The notes beneath the pieces are model-generated. The model searched no databases, was not told the origin of the DNA, and saw nothing but the letters and a program-made list of their open reading frames with translations. From an uncultured Actinomycetes bacterium (GTDB lineage: Bacteria > Actinomycetota > Thermoleophilia > UBA2241), in assembly GCA_963755025.1 (NCBI GenBank), contig CAVWIH010000019.1, forward strand, positions 1 to 64,000: 64,000 bases of DNA, given 5' to 3'. The position numbers were made by a program, and so were the translations under genes. Position 1 is the first letter of the stretch, and each line of letters starts with the position of its first letter. Positions 19,837-29,402 of this stretch are shown here, one piece after another.

Positions 19837-21297
19837 ATGACCGCCGACGACAACCCGCGGCGCCCGCCGCTCGAGCCGCTCAAGCGCGCCTTCACGCTGC
19901 GCTTTCACACGCCGGCCCAGCTCGACCGCATCAAACAGGCCACGCTCGACATCCTTGAGACGGTGGGGGTCAGGTTCCCGTCGGCGCGGGCGCTCGACAT
20001 GCTCGAGGGGCACGGCTGTACGGTCGACCGCGAGCGCCAGGTGGTCAGGTTCCCGCCCGAGCTCGTGCTCTCAGCCATGGCCAAAGCGCCGCGCTACTTC
20101 GACCTGGGCGCGCTCGACCCGTCGTGCGCCTTCTCGATCTGCGACGACACGACCTGGTGCACGAGCGACGGCTGCGGCGTCGAGCTCGTCGACTTCGACT
20201 CAGGGCTGAAACGGCCCTCGACCAAGGCCGACCTGGCGCGGGTCACGCGCCTGACCGACTACCTCTCGTCGATCGCCTTCTGGTGGCCGACCGTCTCCGC
20301 CGGCGACTGCGGCGAGACCGCCCAGCTGCACGAGCTCGACGCCGGCTGGAACAACACGGTCAAGCACCTGCAGGGCTTCGTTCAGGGCGAACGCGAGGCG
20401 CGCTACGCGGTCGAGATGGCCACCGTGATCGCCGGCAGCGCCGCCGAGCTGCGCCGCCGGCCGGTGCTCTCCGACCTGATCGGCACCATCTCGCCGCTCG
20501 TGCAGGACGAAGGCGGCATCGAGGCCGCCCTGGTGTTCGCCGAGGCCGGCGTGCCGGTCACCTTCGTCACCATGCCCACGCTGGGCACGACCGCGCCGGC
20601 CACCCGTGCCGGCGCTTTCGCGGTGGGCGCCGCCGAGCTGGTGAGCGCGACCGTGCTGCTGCAGCTCGCGTACCCGGGCGCGCCGGTGGCGCACTCCATC
20701 ATGCAGAGCTACGCCGACCCGCGCACGGGCGCCTTCGTGAGCTTTCCGCTCGACGGGCGCTGCCGCTTTCTGGCCACCGAGCTCGCCCACCACTGGGGCG
20801 TGCCCAGCGAGGCTGCCTGCTGCGGCACCGACTCGCCCACGGCGGGCACCTGGCAGGCCGGCGTCGAGGACGGCGTCGACCTGGTGCAGGCCGCCTGGGA
20901 GGGCGCCGACCTGATGCCGAGCATCGGCCTGCTCGACGTTTACACGGTCTTCGATGCCGCCGACCTCATACTCGCCGACGACGTCTACCATCGCGCCCGC
21001 TACGCCGTGATGGACCTCGACCTGGGCGACGAGGCGCTGGCCCTCGAAGCGGTGCGCGAGGTCGGTCCCGGCGGTCACTACCTGGGCACGAAGCACACGC
21101 GCAAGCACCTGCGCACCTCGTTCGTGCCGGCGATCACCCACCAGGCTTCGCCGGCGGGTGGCTTTCGCGACGCGCTCGAGGTGGCCCGCGAACGCGCCGC
21201 CTGGATCGACGGCACCACCTGCCGCAGCCGTTCGCCCGACGACCAGAAGGCCGAGCTCACCCGCATTCTCACGGCGGCCGACGCCGAGCTGCGGTAG
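19837..21297 (+). CDS. MttB-superfamily methylamine:corrinoid methyltransferase, non-pyrrolysine
   Basis: TLDILETVGV, ISPL, GTTAPAT.AG, EVGPGGHYL..KHT; no in-frame TAG; probable compensated indels near 21210-21235. Confidence 0.88.
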   Translation: MTADDNPRRPPLEPLKRAFTLRFHTPAQLDRIKQATLDILETVGVRFPSARALDMLEGHGCTVDRERQVVRFPPELVLSAMAKAPRYFDLGALDPSCAFSICDDTTWCTSDGCGVELVDFDSGLKRPSTKADLARVTRLTDYLSSIAFWWPTVSAGDCGETAQLHELDAGWNNTVKHLQGFVQGEREARYAVEMATVIAGSAAELRRRPVLSDLIGTISPLVQDEGGIEAALVFAEAGVPVTFVTMPTLGTTAPATRAGAFAVGAAELVSATVLLQLAYPGAPVAHSIMQSYADPRTGAFVSFPLDGRCRFLATELAHHWGVPSEAACCGTDSPTAGTWQAGVEDGVDLVQAAWEGADLMPSIGLLDVYTVFDAADLILADDVYHRARYAVMDLDLGDEALALEAVREVGPGGHYLGTKHTRKHLRTSFVPAITHQASPAGGFRDALEVARERAAWIDGTTCRSRSPDDQKAELTRILTAADAELR

Positions 21298-21375
21298 CGC
21301 TCCGGGCAACGGCGGCAGCCTGCCGCCGTGACGGCCCGCCGCGGCAGCCGCGCGGGGCCGCGCCGACGGCGCTCC

Positions 21376-21969
21376 TCAGGCCGGCGACTCGACCTGTTCG
21401 CGGCCCAGGCGCGCCGCCATCGCCCGGCCCAGGTCGCGCGCCTCGGCCATGAGCGCCGTGTCGGCGGCGGCCACACCGGGACTGTCGGCCAGGCCGCTCA
21501 GGCGCAGGGTCGGCAGCTCGTCTCCGCTCGCCAGCGACACGAAGCGCCCCATGGCGGACAGGGTGTCGTCGAGCCCTGTCTCAGCCGCGACGGCGATCAA
21601 GCCCACGACTTTCGGCGCCAACCACTGTTCGTGGTAGTAGCGCGTCGCCGCGCGGTCCATGAACGCCTTCATCTGGCTTGAGACGTTCTCCCAGTAGACC
21701 GGCGAGGCGAGAATGAGGCCGTCGGCGCCGTAGACGGCCTCGAGCACGCCGGCCATGTCGTCGTCGTGCGGGCACTCGGCGAGCTCGCCGCAGTTGCGGT
21801 GCCCGTCGCAGGCGTCGATGCGCAGGTCGGCGAGCATGAGCGTCGTGCAGCGGCAGCCGTGACGCTCGAGCTCTTCGAGGGTCGCGCCCACGAGGGTGGC
21901 CACGTTGCCCTGCCGCCGCGGGCTGCCGACCACCGCGACGACGTGAGGCTGCTGCTGGGGATCGGACAT
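21376..21969 (-). CDS. Flavodoxin / iron-sulfur flavoprotein family (NADPH-dependent FMN reductase)
   Basis: GSPRRQGN, CDGHRNC...CPHDDD, ASPVYW, MKAFMDR; RBS GGAGG. Confidence 0.88.
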   Translation of the reverse strand: MSDPQQQPHVVAVVGSPRRQGNVATLVGATLEELERHGCRCTTLMLADLRIDACDGHRNCGELAECPHDDDMAGVLEAVYGADGLILASPVYWENVSSQMKAFMDRAATRYYHEQWLAPKVVGLIAVAAETGLDDTLSAMGRFVSLASGDELPTLRLSGLADSPGVAAADTALMAEARDLGRAMAARLGREQVESPA

Positions 21970-22064
21970 CGTGGAACCTCCGCGGTAGGGCTCGTCGGTC
22001 GTGGTCGCGCGGCTCAGTCTACCCCTCGGGAGTACGGCGAAGTCGACGACCCGGCGGTCGCTCG

Positions 22065-22706
22065 CTACCCCAAAGCCGCGCGCAGGCCCGAAGTGAGAAA
22101 CCAGGCGGCGAGCACGATCAGGAACGCCGCCGCCACCGACAGCATCGTGCGGTAGACGCGCGGCGTGATGAAGCGTTTGCCGGCCGCCAGGGCGCCGCTG
22201 ATCAGCGAATACCAGGTGAGGTCGCCGGTGATGTGGCCCAGGTAGAAGGCCACGAAGCCGGCGACGCCCAGCGCGTAGGCCTTGGTGATCAGCCCCAGGC
22301 CGATGGTCGCCCACCAGAGCATCCAGTAGGGGTTGGCGAGGCTCGAGACGATGCCCAGGAACACGGCGCGCTTCTTGCTGCCGCCCGACGCTCCCTCCCA
22401 GTCGATCTTCACGCGGTCGCGCGCCAGGGCGACGACCATGGAGACGGCCGTCCAGATGAGCATGGCGCCGCCCACGATCTGCAGCACCGCCTGGACCGAT
22501 GGGTGCTTGAGGATCGGCCCCAGGCCGATCACCAGCAGGATGAGCAGCGTGAGCTCGAGGATGGCGTGACCGAGCACCACGAGCGGCCCTGCGCGCACGC
22601 CCTGGCGCGGCGTCTCGGCGATCACCACGGTGAGCATGGGGCCCGGCATGAGCGCGCCCGAATAGGCGATGAGCAGCGACGACAGGTACATGATGACGAG
22701 GCTCAC
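22065..22706 (-). CDS. LysE family transporter
   Basis: GALMPGP, GHAILE, SLANPYWMLWW, hydrophobic helices. Confidence 0.88.
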   Translation of the reverse strand: MSLVIMYLSSLLIAYSGALMPGPMLTVVIAETPRQGVRAGPLVVLGHAILELTLLILLVIGLGPILKHPSVQAVLQIVGGAMLIWTAVSMVVALARDRVKIDWEGASGGSKKRAVFLGIVSSLANPYWMLWWATIGLGLITKAYALGVAGFVAFYLGHITGDLTWYSLISGALAAGKRFITPRVYRTMLSVAAAFLIVLAAWFLTSGLRAALG

Positions 22707-22816
22707 CGCGCACCGCTCCCGGCTGCGGCGCTCACGAGGCGGCCAGAAGGCGCCGAGGCAGCATCGCGACCGTGAGGCGCCACGAGACCTGCCGGCTGAC
22801 GTGCACGGGCGATCGG

Positions 22817-24112
22817 CTAGAGGGCGTTGAAGACCAGGCCGGTGAGCAGCTTGGGGTAGAAGTAGGTCGACTTCTGGGGCATGGTCTCGCCGCGCTCGGC
22901 GACGGTGCGCACCTCGTCCATGGGCGTGGCGCCGAGGAAGGCGGCCACCTCGTAGTCGCCGGCCTCGAGCTCGACGACGGCGTCGTGCACGCTCTTGACG
23001 AAGTCGAGGTGCCCCTCGAGGCGGTCGGGGTCGAGCCCCAGCGCGTCGCGGAACACGAGCTCGGCCAGCAGGTTGACCGAGAGCCGCGCCTGGGCGGTCG
23101 AGAGGCCGCGTGCGGTCAGGGCGTCGGCGCTCCAGTCGGCGCGCAGCTCGAGCGTGAGGCAGCGGTGCTGCCGCGGAAAGTACAGGCCCAGCGCCTTGCC
23201 GGTGTCGCCCGAACGGCTGATGTGCTCCATGGCCGGCGCGCAGTCGCGGGGCGTGCCGGCGCCGGCGCCCTCGGTGACGGTGAACGCCGGGCGCAGGCGG
23301 TCGACGACCTCGTCGACCGGTGGCACGACGACGTCCTTGAGCAGGCGGTGCGTGGCGAAGATGGCCAGGCCGGGGTCGTTCATGTTGGAGAGGCAGACCA
23401 TGACCCAGTCGGCGCTGTCGTCGCCGGCGGCGCGGCGTTCGTCGCGAAAGGCGAGGGCGGTCTCGTAGCGGTGGTGGCCGTCGGCGATCAGCACCTGCTT
23501 GCCGGCCAGCAGCGAGACGACGCGGTCGACGGCGGGGCCGGTCACCGGGCGCAGGCTGCAGGGGTTGCCGTCGCCGTCGAGCGCTTCGAGGGCGGGCGCG
23601 GGCGGCGGCGCAGCCGCCGCCAGGGCCCGCCCGACCTCGTTGTCGGGGTCGGCGTAGAGCAGAAAGATCTGGCTCAGGTTGGCGTGGGTCGCGCGCAGCA
23701 GCTTGAGGCGGTCGACCTTGGGGCCGGCGTGGGTCTTTTCGTGGGGCAGCACGACCCGCGCCGCGAAGTCTTCGAGGCGCAGGCGGCAGACGAAGCCGGC
23801 ACGCGTGCGCTCGAGCCCGTCGGGGCCGGTGAAGCGCTGCTCGACCAGGTAGAGGGTCGGTTCGTCGTCGGCGCGCAGCACGCCCTCGTCGTGCCAGGCG
23901 CGCAGCAGCTCGGCCGCGGCGGCGTAGCGGCCCTCAGGCGCGCTCGCCGGCGGCAGGGGGAGCTCGACGTGGATCGCGTTGTAGGGGCTGCGGCGGCGCA
24001 GCGCGCCGGCCATGGCCGGCGTGATCACGTCGTAGGGCGGGCAGACGGCGTCGGCCAGCGCGACCCGGTCGGTGTCGTACCGCAGGCCGCGGAAGGGACG
24101 GATGTCAGCCAC
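22817..24112 (-). CDS. DUF1015 family protein
   Basis: IRPFRGLRY, PPYDVI, PHEKT, IADGHHRYET, MPQKSTYFYPKLLTG. Confidence 0.9.
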   Translation of the reverse strand: MADIRPFRGLRYDTDRVALADAVCPPYDVITPAMAGALRRRSPYNAIHVELPLPPASAPEGRYAAAAELLRAWHDEGVLRADDEPTLYLVEQRFTGPDGLERTRAGFVCRLRLEDFAARVVLPHEKTHAGPKVDRLKLLRATHANLSQIFLLYADPDNEVGRALAAAAPPPAPALEALDGDGNPCSLRPVTGPAVDRVVSLLAGKQVLIADGHHRYETALAFRDERRAAGDDSADWVMVCLSNMNDPGLAIFATHRLLKDVVVPPVDEVVDRLRPAFTVTEGAGAGTPRDCAPAMEHISRSGDTGKALGLYFPRQHRCLTLELRADWSADALTARGLSTAQARLSVNLLAELVFRDALGLDPDRLEGHLDFVKSVHDAVVELEAGDYEVAAFLGATPMDEVRTVAERGETMPQKSTYFYPKLLTGLVFNAL

Positions 24113-24172
24113 GTGGGATCGCCTCTCGCTTTGGGTTCGGGACGTGCAACGAAACAGAAAGGGTAGCGGAAT

Positions 24173-24346
24173 CTACGGCTTGATGATGATGGGCATGCCG
24201 GCCGTCGCCCAATTGTAAAGCTCCTCAACGTCCCATTCGTGCATGCGGATGCAGCCGTGCGAGGCGTAGGAGTCGATCGAGTAGTCCCCGGACGACCGCA
24301 CGCCGTGGAAGAGACCACCAGTCTCCAACGTCGTCGTATCAGACAC
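24173..24346 (-). pseudogene. Truncated L,D-transpeptidase (YkuD) catalytic fragment
   Basis: Manual translation ...LFHGVRSSGDYSIDSYASHGCIRMHEWDVEELYNWATAGMPIIIKP*; in-frame stop just upstream; below the ORF-track size cutoff. Confidence 0.75.
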
Positions 24347-24451
24347 TGGAGACGATACAGGAATCGTGGCGGCTTGCTAAGCGTGCGGCCGGCGTGCGAC
24401 GGCGACCGCGCAGGGGGTATGCTCTCGTTCGTAAGCGACAGGGGTGTGGCG

Positions 24452-25240
24452 TTGAGCGCAACCAATCATTCAGACGGCGATCTGCGGGCCTTGCTCGCCG
24501 ACGTCGCGGCCGGCCGCACCACGGTCGACCAGGCGGCCGACAGCCTCGCCGGCTACGGTCTCACGGGCGTGGGCGACTTCGCCTGCCTCGACATAGGCAG
24601 GGCGCAGCGCAAGGGCGTACCCGAGATCGTCTTCGGCGACGGCAAGAGCGTCGACCAGTTCGTGGCGATCGTGGCGGCCTTTCTTACGCGCGTCACGGTC
24701 GTGCTGGCCAGCAAGGTGTCGCCCGAGCAGGTCGCCGCGGTGGCCACGCCGCCCGGCGGCGCGGCGGTCTGGCACGAGCGCGCCCGCATGCTGGTCGTGC
24801 GGCGCGCCGACTACAGCCCGCCGTCCGCGCGCGGCCTGGTCGGCGTGCTGGCCGGAGGCACGAGCGACACCGGCATCGCCGACGAGGCGGTCATCGTGTG
24901 CCGCGAGATGGGCGTCGAGGCGCTCACCGCCTACGACGTCGGCGTCGCCGGCGTGCACCGCCTCATGCGCCCGCTGCGCGACATGTCCGAGGCGGGGGCC
25001 GGCGCGCTCGTGGTGGCCGCCGGCATGGAGGGCGCGCTGCCTTCGGTGGTGTGCGGTCTGGCCGACGTGCCGGTGATCGGTCTGCCGGTGTCGACCGGTT
25101 ACGGCATCGGCGGGCGCGGCGAGGCCGCGCTCCTCGGCATGCTGCAGAGTTGCTCGCCGGGCCTCACCGTCGTCAACATCGACAACGGCGTCGGCGCCGG
25201 CGTGACGGCAGCGCTGATCGCCCGGCGAGGGTCGTCGTGA
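24452..25240 (+). CDS. larB: Nickel-pincer cofactor biosynthesis protein LarB (PurE-like)
   Basis: LDIGRAQRKGVPEIVFGDGKS, GTSD, DVGVAGVHR, AGMEGALPSVV, P.STGYG, NIDNG.GA. Confidence 0.88.
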   Translation: MSATNHSDGDLRALLADVAAGRTTVDQAADSLAGYGLTGVGDFACLDIGRAQRKGVPEIVFGDGKSVDQFVAIVAAFLTRVTVVLASKVSPEQVAAVATPPGGAAVWHERARMLVVRRADYSPPSARGLVGVLAGGTSDTGIADEAVIVCREMGVEALTAYDVGVAGVHRLMRPLRDMSEAGAGALVVAAGMEGALPSVVCGLADVPVIGLPVSTGYGIGGRGEAALLGMLQSCSPGLTVVNIDNGVGAGVTAALIARRGSS

Positions 25241-25710
25241 GACGGCTGGCCCTGCTGCTGCGCGACCGGCGCGACGAGCTTCACGCGTACTGGATCACGG
25301 CGCTCAAGGGCACGATCGGAGCCGAGTACCTGGACGTGCTGGCGAGCCCGCTCGGGGTGCGCCTGGTGCGTCGCATCGTCGAAGACATGGTCGCGCTGTC
25401 GCAGGCCGAGGCCTACGAGGTGCCCGGCATCATCCGCCGCATCGAGAGCGAGACGGCGGCCGACGCCGCCCGCCGCGGCGCGCTCGGGTTCGACATGATG
25501 GACGTCGTCTGCGGCCTCCAGCAGGTGCGCGCCGCCATCTGGAAGGTCCTGGTCGACGCGCTCGTGGTGGGCGACCTGCCCGCCTTTGGCGAGACCATGG
25601 ACGAGATGGCGCAGGTCGACGCCTTCATGGACCTGCTGGTGCGCGTCGAGGTGAGGGGCTACCTCGAGGGGCGGTCGCAGGCGCCTACGTCGGACGACGA
25701 CGACTGGTGA
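25237..25710 (+). CDS. Hypothetical all-helical protein, possibly RsbRD N-terminal / non-haem globin-like
   Basis: GTGA overlap with larB; pattern L..RRDEL..YW ... R.ALGF....V..GL..VR.AIW. Confidence 0.55.
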   Translation: MRRLALLLRDRRDELHAYWITALKGTIGAEYLDVLASPLGVRLVRRIVEDMVALSQAEAYEVPGIIRRIESETAADAARRGALGFDMMDVVCGLQQVRAAIWKVLVDALVVGDLPAFGETMDEMAQVDAFMDLLVRVEVRGYLEGRSQAPTSDDDDW

Positions 25711-25786
25711 CGGGAGCGCCGCGCCATGCCGCGCGGCGTGTGCCGCCGGTGCGAGCGTGCGCGTGAGCGCCGCCCGCTGACGGCGC

Positions 25787-26224
25787 TCAGGAGTCGTCGG
25801 TGTTGGTCTCGGTGGCGCGCGGGTTGAGGGTCTTGTGGACCCAGGGGCCTATGCCCATGGGCAGGTTCTGCAGGTAGTGCAGCACGTAGGTGTGGGGCTT
25901 GCGCGCGGCGGTGATGGTGACCGTAGCCTGCGAGGGACTGCCGTTGTCCGCCGTCTTGAGGACGCTGCCCTTTTTGATCAGCACCGCGTCGTGCAGCTTG
26001 AGGAAGGTCGAGGCGCTGGCCATGGCCATGCCTGAGTTCTCGGTCTCGACGTAGGTCGAGAGCGCCTGGTCGGCGGCGTCGGTGGCGTTCTGGCGCACGC
26101 CGAGCGAGGCATTGACCACCTGCACGGTGTCGAGGACCAGCACAGCCACGATGACGATGATCGCGGCGATCAGGATAGAGCCGCGGACGAAGCCGTCCTG
26201 CTCGTGCCAGCGTGAGTGTCGCAC
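25787..26224 (-). CDS. Single-TM protein, TadE/G pseudopilin-like
   Basis: EQDG then a hydrophobic helix, then ATDAADQA; beta-rich C-terminus. Confidence 0.5.
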   Translation of the reverse strand: MRHSRWHEQDGFVRGSILIAAIIVIVAVLVLDTVQVVNASLGVRQNATDAADQALSTYVETENSGMAMASASTFLKLHDAVLIKKGSVLKTADNGSPSQATVTITAARKPHTYVLHYLQNLPMGIGPWVHKTLNPRATETNTDDS

Positions 26225-26359
26225 GCCCGTCCCCTCCGTGAGTGTCGTTACCGAATCATGGCCTTCGCGTTATCTCCCGATATCGGCCGTTCTCGCCGGC
26301 ACTAAAGCCTTTTTGGGGTCGCGGGCGCGTGCTTTTTCGGCCCGCGCCGGGAGCGGGGC

Positions 26360-27190
26360 CTACGACCGGTCTGGGCAGGGTCCGGTCGTACGCCGGACCA
26401 GCACGAGGGCGACGTCGTCGCTTGGCTCGTGGCCGGCAAAGGCGGCGGCGTCGGCGATGAGCGCCTGCAGGAGCTCATCGCCGGGCAGGTCGCGCAGCTC
26501 GGCCACAGCCTGGTCGAGGCGCACGTCTTCGTAGAACTCGCCGGCGCGGTTGCGGGCTTCGGAGAGGCCGTCGGTGAAGATCAGGATGGCGTCGCCCGGA
26601 GCGAGGGTCACGTAGTCGGTGGGCAGGGCCTGCAGCTCCGCCTCTTCGGTCACGCCGAGCGCCGGGTTGGCGAACAGCAGCGGGCGCTCGACGCTGTCGG
26701 GACGCAGCACGAGGGGGCTTGGGTGTCCGGCCGTGGCCAGGCCGACGTCGCCTGTGCGGGCGTCGATCGAGGCGATGCAAACGGTGGAGAAGTCGTGCGG
26801 CTCGTGCGGCACGGCCAGCAGCGCGTTGTGGGCGTCGCGCAGGGCGTCGCCCGGCGAGACGGGCCAGCGCTGCACGGCCACCATCGCCCTGATCACGTAC
26901 TTGGCGACGATCGCCCGCGATGCTGCGCCCACGCCTTTGCCGCGCACGTCGCCCAGCGTGACCACGAGCTGGGCGAGGTGGCCGGGGCTGAAGAAGTCGA
27001 CAAAGTCGCCGCCGAACCCGTCAATCTCGCCCACCTCCGACCGGCTGTCGTCGCCGCGCGTGCGGTACAGGCAGGCGATCTCGAGGCCGGGGATCGCGGG
27101 GCGCGCGCCGGGTCCGAGCAGGCCGCGAAAATCGCTCAGCAGGCGCTGCACGCCGGCGTCGCGCGGCGTCGTGGCGTCGGCGGCGCTCAC
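26360..27190 (-). CDS. PP2C / SpoIIE (RsbU-like) phosphatase, stand-alone
   Basis: GGDFVD, GDVRGKG, AGHP.P, FTDGLSEA, SDDVA; start overlaps the gatD stop. Confidence 0.88.
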   Translation of the reverse strand: MSAADATTPRDAGVQRLLSDFRGLLGPGARPAIPGLEIACLYRTRGDDSRSEVGEIDGFGGDFVDFFSPGHLAQLVVTLGDVRGKGVGAASRAIVAKYVIRAMVAVQRWPVSPGDALRDAHNALLAVPHEPHDFSTVCIASIDARTGDVGLATAGHPSPLVLRPDSVERPLLFANPALGVTEEAELQALPTDYVTLAPGDAILIFTDGLSEARNRAGEFYEDVRLDQAVAELRDLPGDELLQALIADAAAFAGHEPSDDVALVLVRRTTGPCPDRS

Positions 27191-28014
27191 GACGCCGCCG
27201 CCCGTGAACGGTGCGCGCGACCCCGACGGCCACGACCGCCGCTCCGCTGAGCGTCGCGCTCGGCCACCAGCACCGCTTCGTCTTGCGCCGCGTCTTCGCG
27301 TGGGTGGGCGAGCGGCTCGAGCGGACCGCCGCCTGCGTGGGCGAGCGCGAGGCCGAGAAGGTGGTCGGTGAGCCAGGCGTTCTTGGGCAGCACCGGGCCG
27401 TGCAGGTAGGTCGCCACGACGTGGCCGGCATTGACGCCTTCGCCGCCGTCGCGGCCGTTGTTGCCAAAGCCCAGGCGCACGCGCCCGAGCGGCCGCGCCG
27501 CCCCCAGAAAGGTGCGGCCGCCGTGGTTCTCGAAGCCCACGAGCAGACCGTCGAGGTCGGGGACGTCGGCCACGACGTTGCCTATGAGGCGCCACTCGCC
27601 GGGCTTGGCGGCCAGCGTCTCGAGGTCGATCAGCCCCAGGCCGGTCAGCTCGCTGCCGTCGGCGGCTACGTAGCGGCGGCCCAGCAACTGCAGGCCGGCG
27701 CACACGGCGAACACCACGCCGCCGCCGTCGATCACGCCGGCAAGCCAGGGGCGCAGCCGGGTGAGGTCGGCCGCGGCGGCGTGCTGCACGCGGTCCTGGC
27801 CGCCGCCCATGAAGACCAGGTCGCAGCGCCCCGGCGGCTCGTCGCCGAGCTCGACCGCGTGCCAGCGCACGGCCAGGCCGCGCAGCGCGGCGCGCCGCGT
27901 GAGGGCGGCCACGTTGCCGCGGTCGCCGTAGGTGTTCATGGTGGTCGGGAACAGGTGCACGGCCTCGATGACGACGCCGGGGGTCGCCGGGCCCGGCGCG
28001 CGGGTGTCGTTCAC
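27187..28014 (-). CDS. gatD: Lipid II isoglutaminyl synthase glutaminase subunit (CobQ-like)
   Basis: MNTYGDRGN, GGGQD, VCAGLQLLG, GFENHGG, TYLHGPVLPKN; adjacent to murT. Confidence 0.88.
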   Translation of the reverse strand: MNDTRAPGPATPGVVIEAVHLFPTTMNTYGDRGNVAALTRRAALRGLAVRWHAVELGDEPPGRCDLVFMGGGQDRVQHAAAADLTRLRPWLAGVIDGGGVVFAVCAGLQLLGRRYVAADGSELTGLGLIDLETLAAKPGEWRLIGNVVADVPDLDGLLVGFENHGGRTFLGAARPLGRVRLGFGNNGRDGGEGVNAGHVVATYLHGPVLPKNAWLTDHLLGLALAHAGGGPLEPLAHPREDAAQDEAVLVAERDAQRSGGRGRRGRAHRSRAAAS

Positions 28015-29354
28015 TGCCGCACCACCCCCCAGCCGTCGAGGGCGCCGCGGACCTCTTTGAGCGCCGTGTAGGTGGGCAGCAGGTAGACCTTGTGGGCGTG
28101 GCGCTCGGCCGTCAGGCGCAGCGCCGCGGCGACGGAGTCGACCGTGACGAGCGCCTCGTCGGGCACGCCCGCGTAGCTCAGGCGCAGGGCCATCTCGTGC
28201 TTGCGCGTGCCGCTCGTCACGACGAGACCGGCGGCCGGCAGGAGCTCCTCCATGTCGACGTCCCAGATCCACGAGATGTCGCGTCCGTCGGCGATGTTGT
28301 CGTTCAGCACGAAGACCAGCGCCTTGTCGCCGGACACCTCGCACAGGGCGCGCAGCGTCTGGTTCATGCCGGCCGGATTCTTGACCAGGTTGACCTGCAC
28401 CGTGGTGTCGCCGCGCCGCATCAGGCTCCAGCGGCCAAAGACGGGCTGGTAGGCCGCGAACGAGGCCAGGGCCGCCGGCGGGTCGACGCCCAGACGTTGG
28501 GTCAGGGCGAGCGCGGCGAGCGCGTTGTAGACGTTGTAGAGGCCGGGCACGCGCAGGCGCAGGTCGCCGGATGCGACGCCTTCGACCCGCGCCTCGGCGC
28601 GCCCCTCGACGGTGCGCAGGTCGCGGGCTTCGAGGTCGCGCGGCGGACGCGCGAAGCCGCACGACGGGCAGGAGTAGTCGCCGAGCTGCGCCAGCCAGCG
28701 CGAGGTGTACTCCAGCATGGTCGCGCAGCGCGGGCAGATGGTGACGTCGCTCACCTCGCGGTCGGCGCCGCCGCCCCGCACGTCGACCCCGAAGAACACG
28801 GTGGGACACCCGGATTCCTGGGCGACCCAGGTCACCATGGGGTCGTCGGCGTTGGCGACGAGCACGGACGAGCCCAGGTGGCGCAGCGCCTCGAGCCAGC
28901 CCGTGGCCAGGCGGTCGATCTCGCCGTAGCGGTCGAGCTGGTCGCGAAAGAGGTTGGTCAGCACGATGACGCGCGGCGCGCCCAGACGCTGCACGGCGCC
29001 CGGCACGATGGCTTCGTCGATCTCGAGCAGCGCGAAGCGCGCCGCGGGGCGTCGCGAGAAGGCGGTGGCGATGCCCGACAGCAGGTTGGCGCCCTCGTTG
29101 TTATGTACGAAGTCGCGACCGGCGTCGGCGAGCGCGCGGGCCGCCATGTTGGCGGTCGTCGTCTTGCCGTTGGTGCCGGTGACGACGGCAAAGCCGTCGG
29201 TCAGGCGCCGTGCGTGGCCGGCCAGGTAGCCCGGAAAGAGCAGGTTGGTGACCTTGCCGGGCATGCTGCTCGCCTGGCCGGCGCCGGCCAGGCGCACGGC
29301 GGTCGCGACGCTGCGGGCGGTGAGACGGGGAAGGAGCTCCATATGGTCGCTCAT
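28011..29354 (-). CDS. murT: Lipid II isoglutaminyl synthase Mur-ligase subunit (DUF1727)
   Basis: GTNGKTTT, NLFRDQLDRYGE, CPRC..CPSC, KNPAG, ADGRDISWIWD, PTYTA. Confidence 0.92.
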   Translation of the reverse strand: MSDHMELLPRLTARSVATAVRLAGAGQASSMPGKVTNLLFPGYLAGHARRLTDGFAVVTGTNGKTTTANMAARALADAGRDFVHNNEGANLLSGIATAFSRRPAARFALLEIDEAIVPGAVQRLGAPRVIVLTNLFRDQLDRYGEIDRLATGWLEALRHLGSSVLVANADDPMVTWVAQESGCPTVFFGVDVRGGGADREVSDVTICPRCATMLEYTSRWLAQLGDYSCPSCGFARPPRDLEARDLRTVEGRAEARVEGVASGDLRLRVPGLYNVYNALAALALTQRLGVDPPAALASFAAYQPVFGRWSLMRRGDTTVQVNLVKNPAGMNQTLRALCEVSGDKALVFVLNDNIADGRDISWIWDVDMEELLPAAGLVVTSGTRKHEMALRLSYAGVPDEALVTVDSVAAALRLTAERHAHKVYLLPTYTALKEVRGALDGWGVVRQ

Positions 29355-29402
29355 CTTACTCGATGGCCGCCGCGACGACCGATCGCCGGCCGGCCTTGGG
29401 CG

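Noticed and set aside
19837-21297. Pyrrolysine-containing MttB
   Set aside because: No in-frame TAG and no pyl genes in the window
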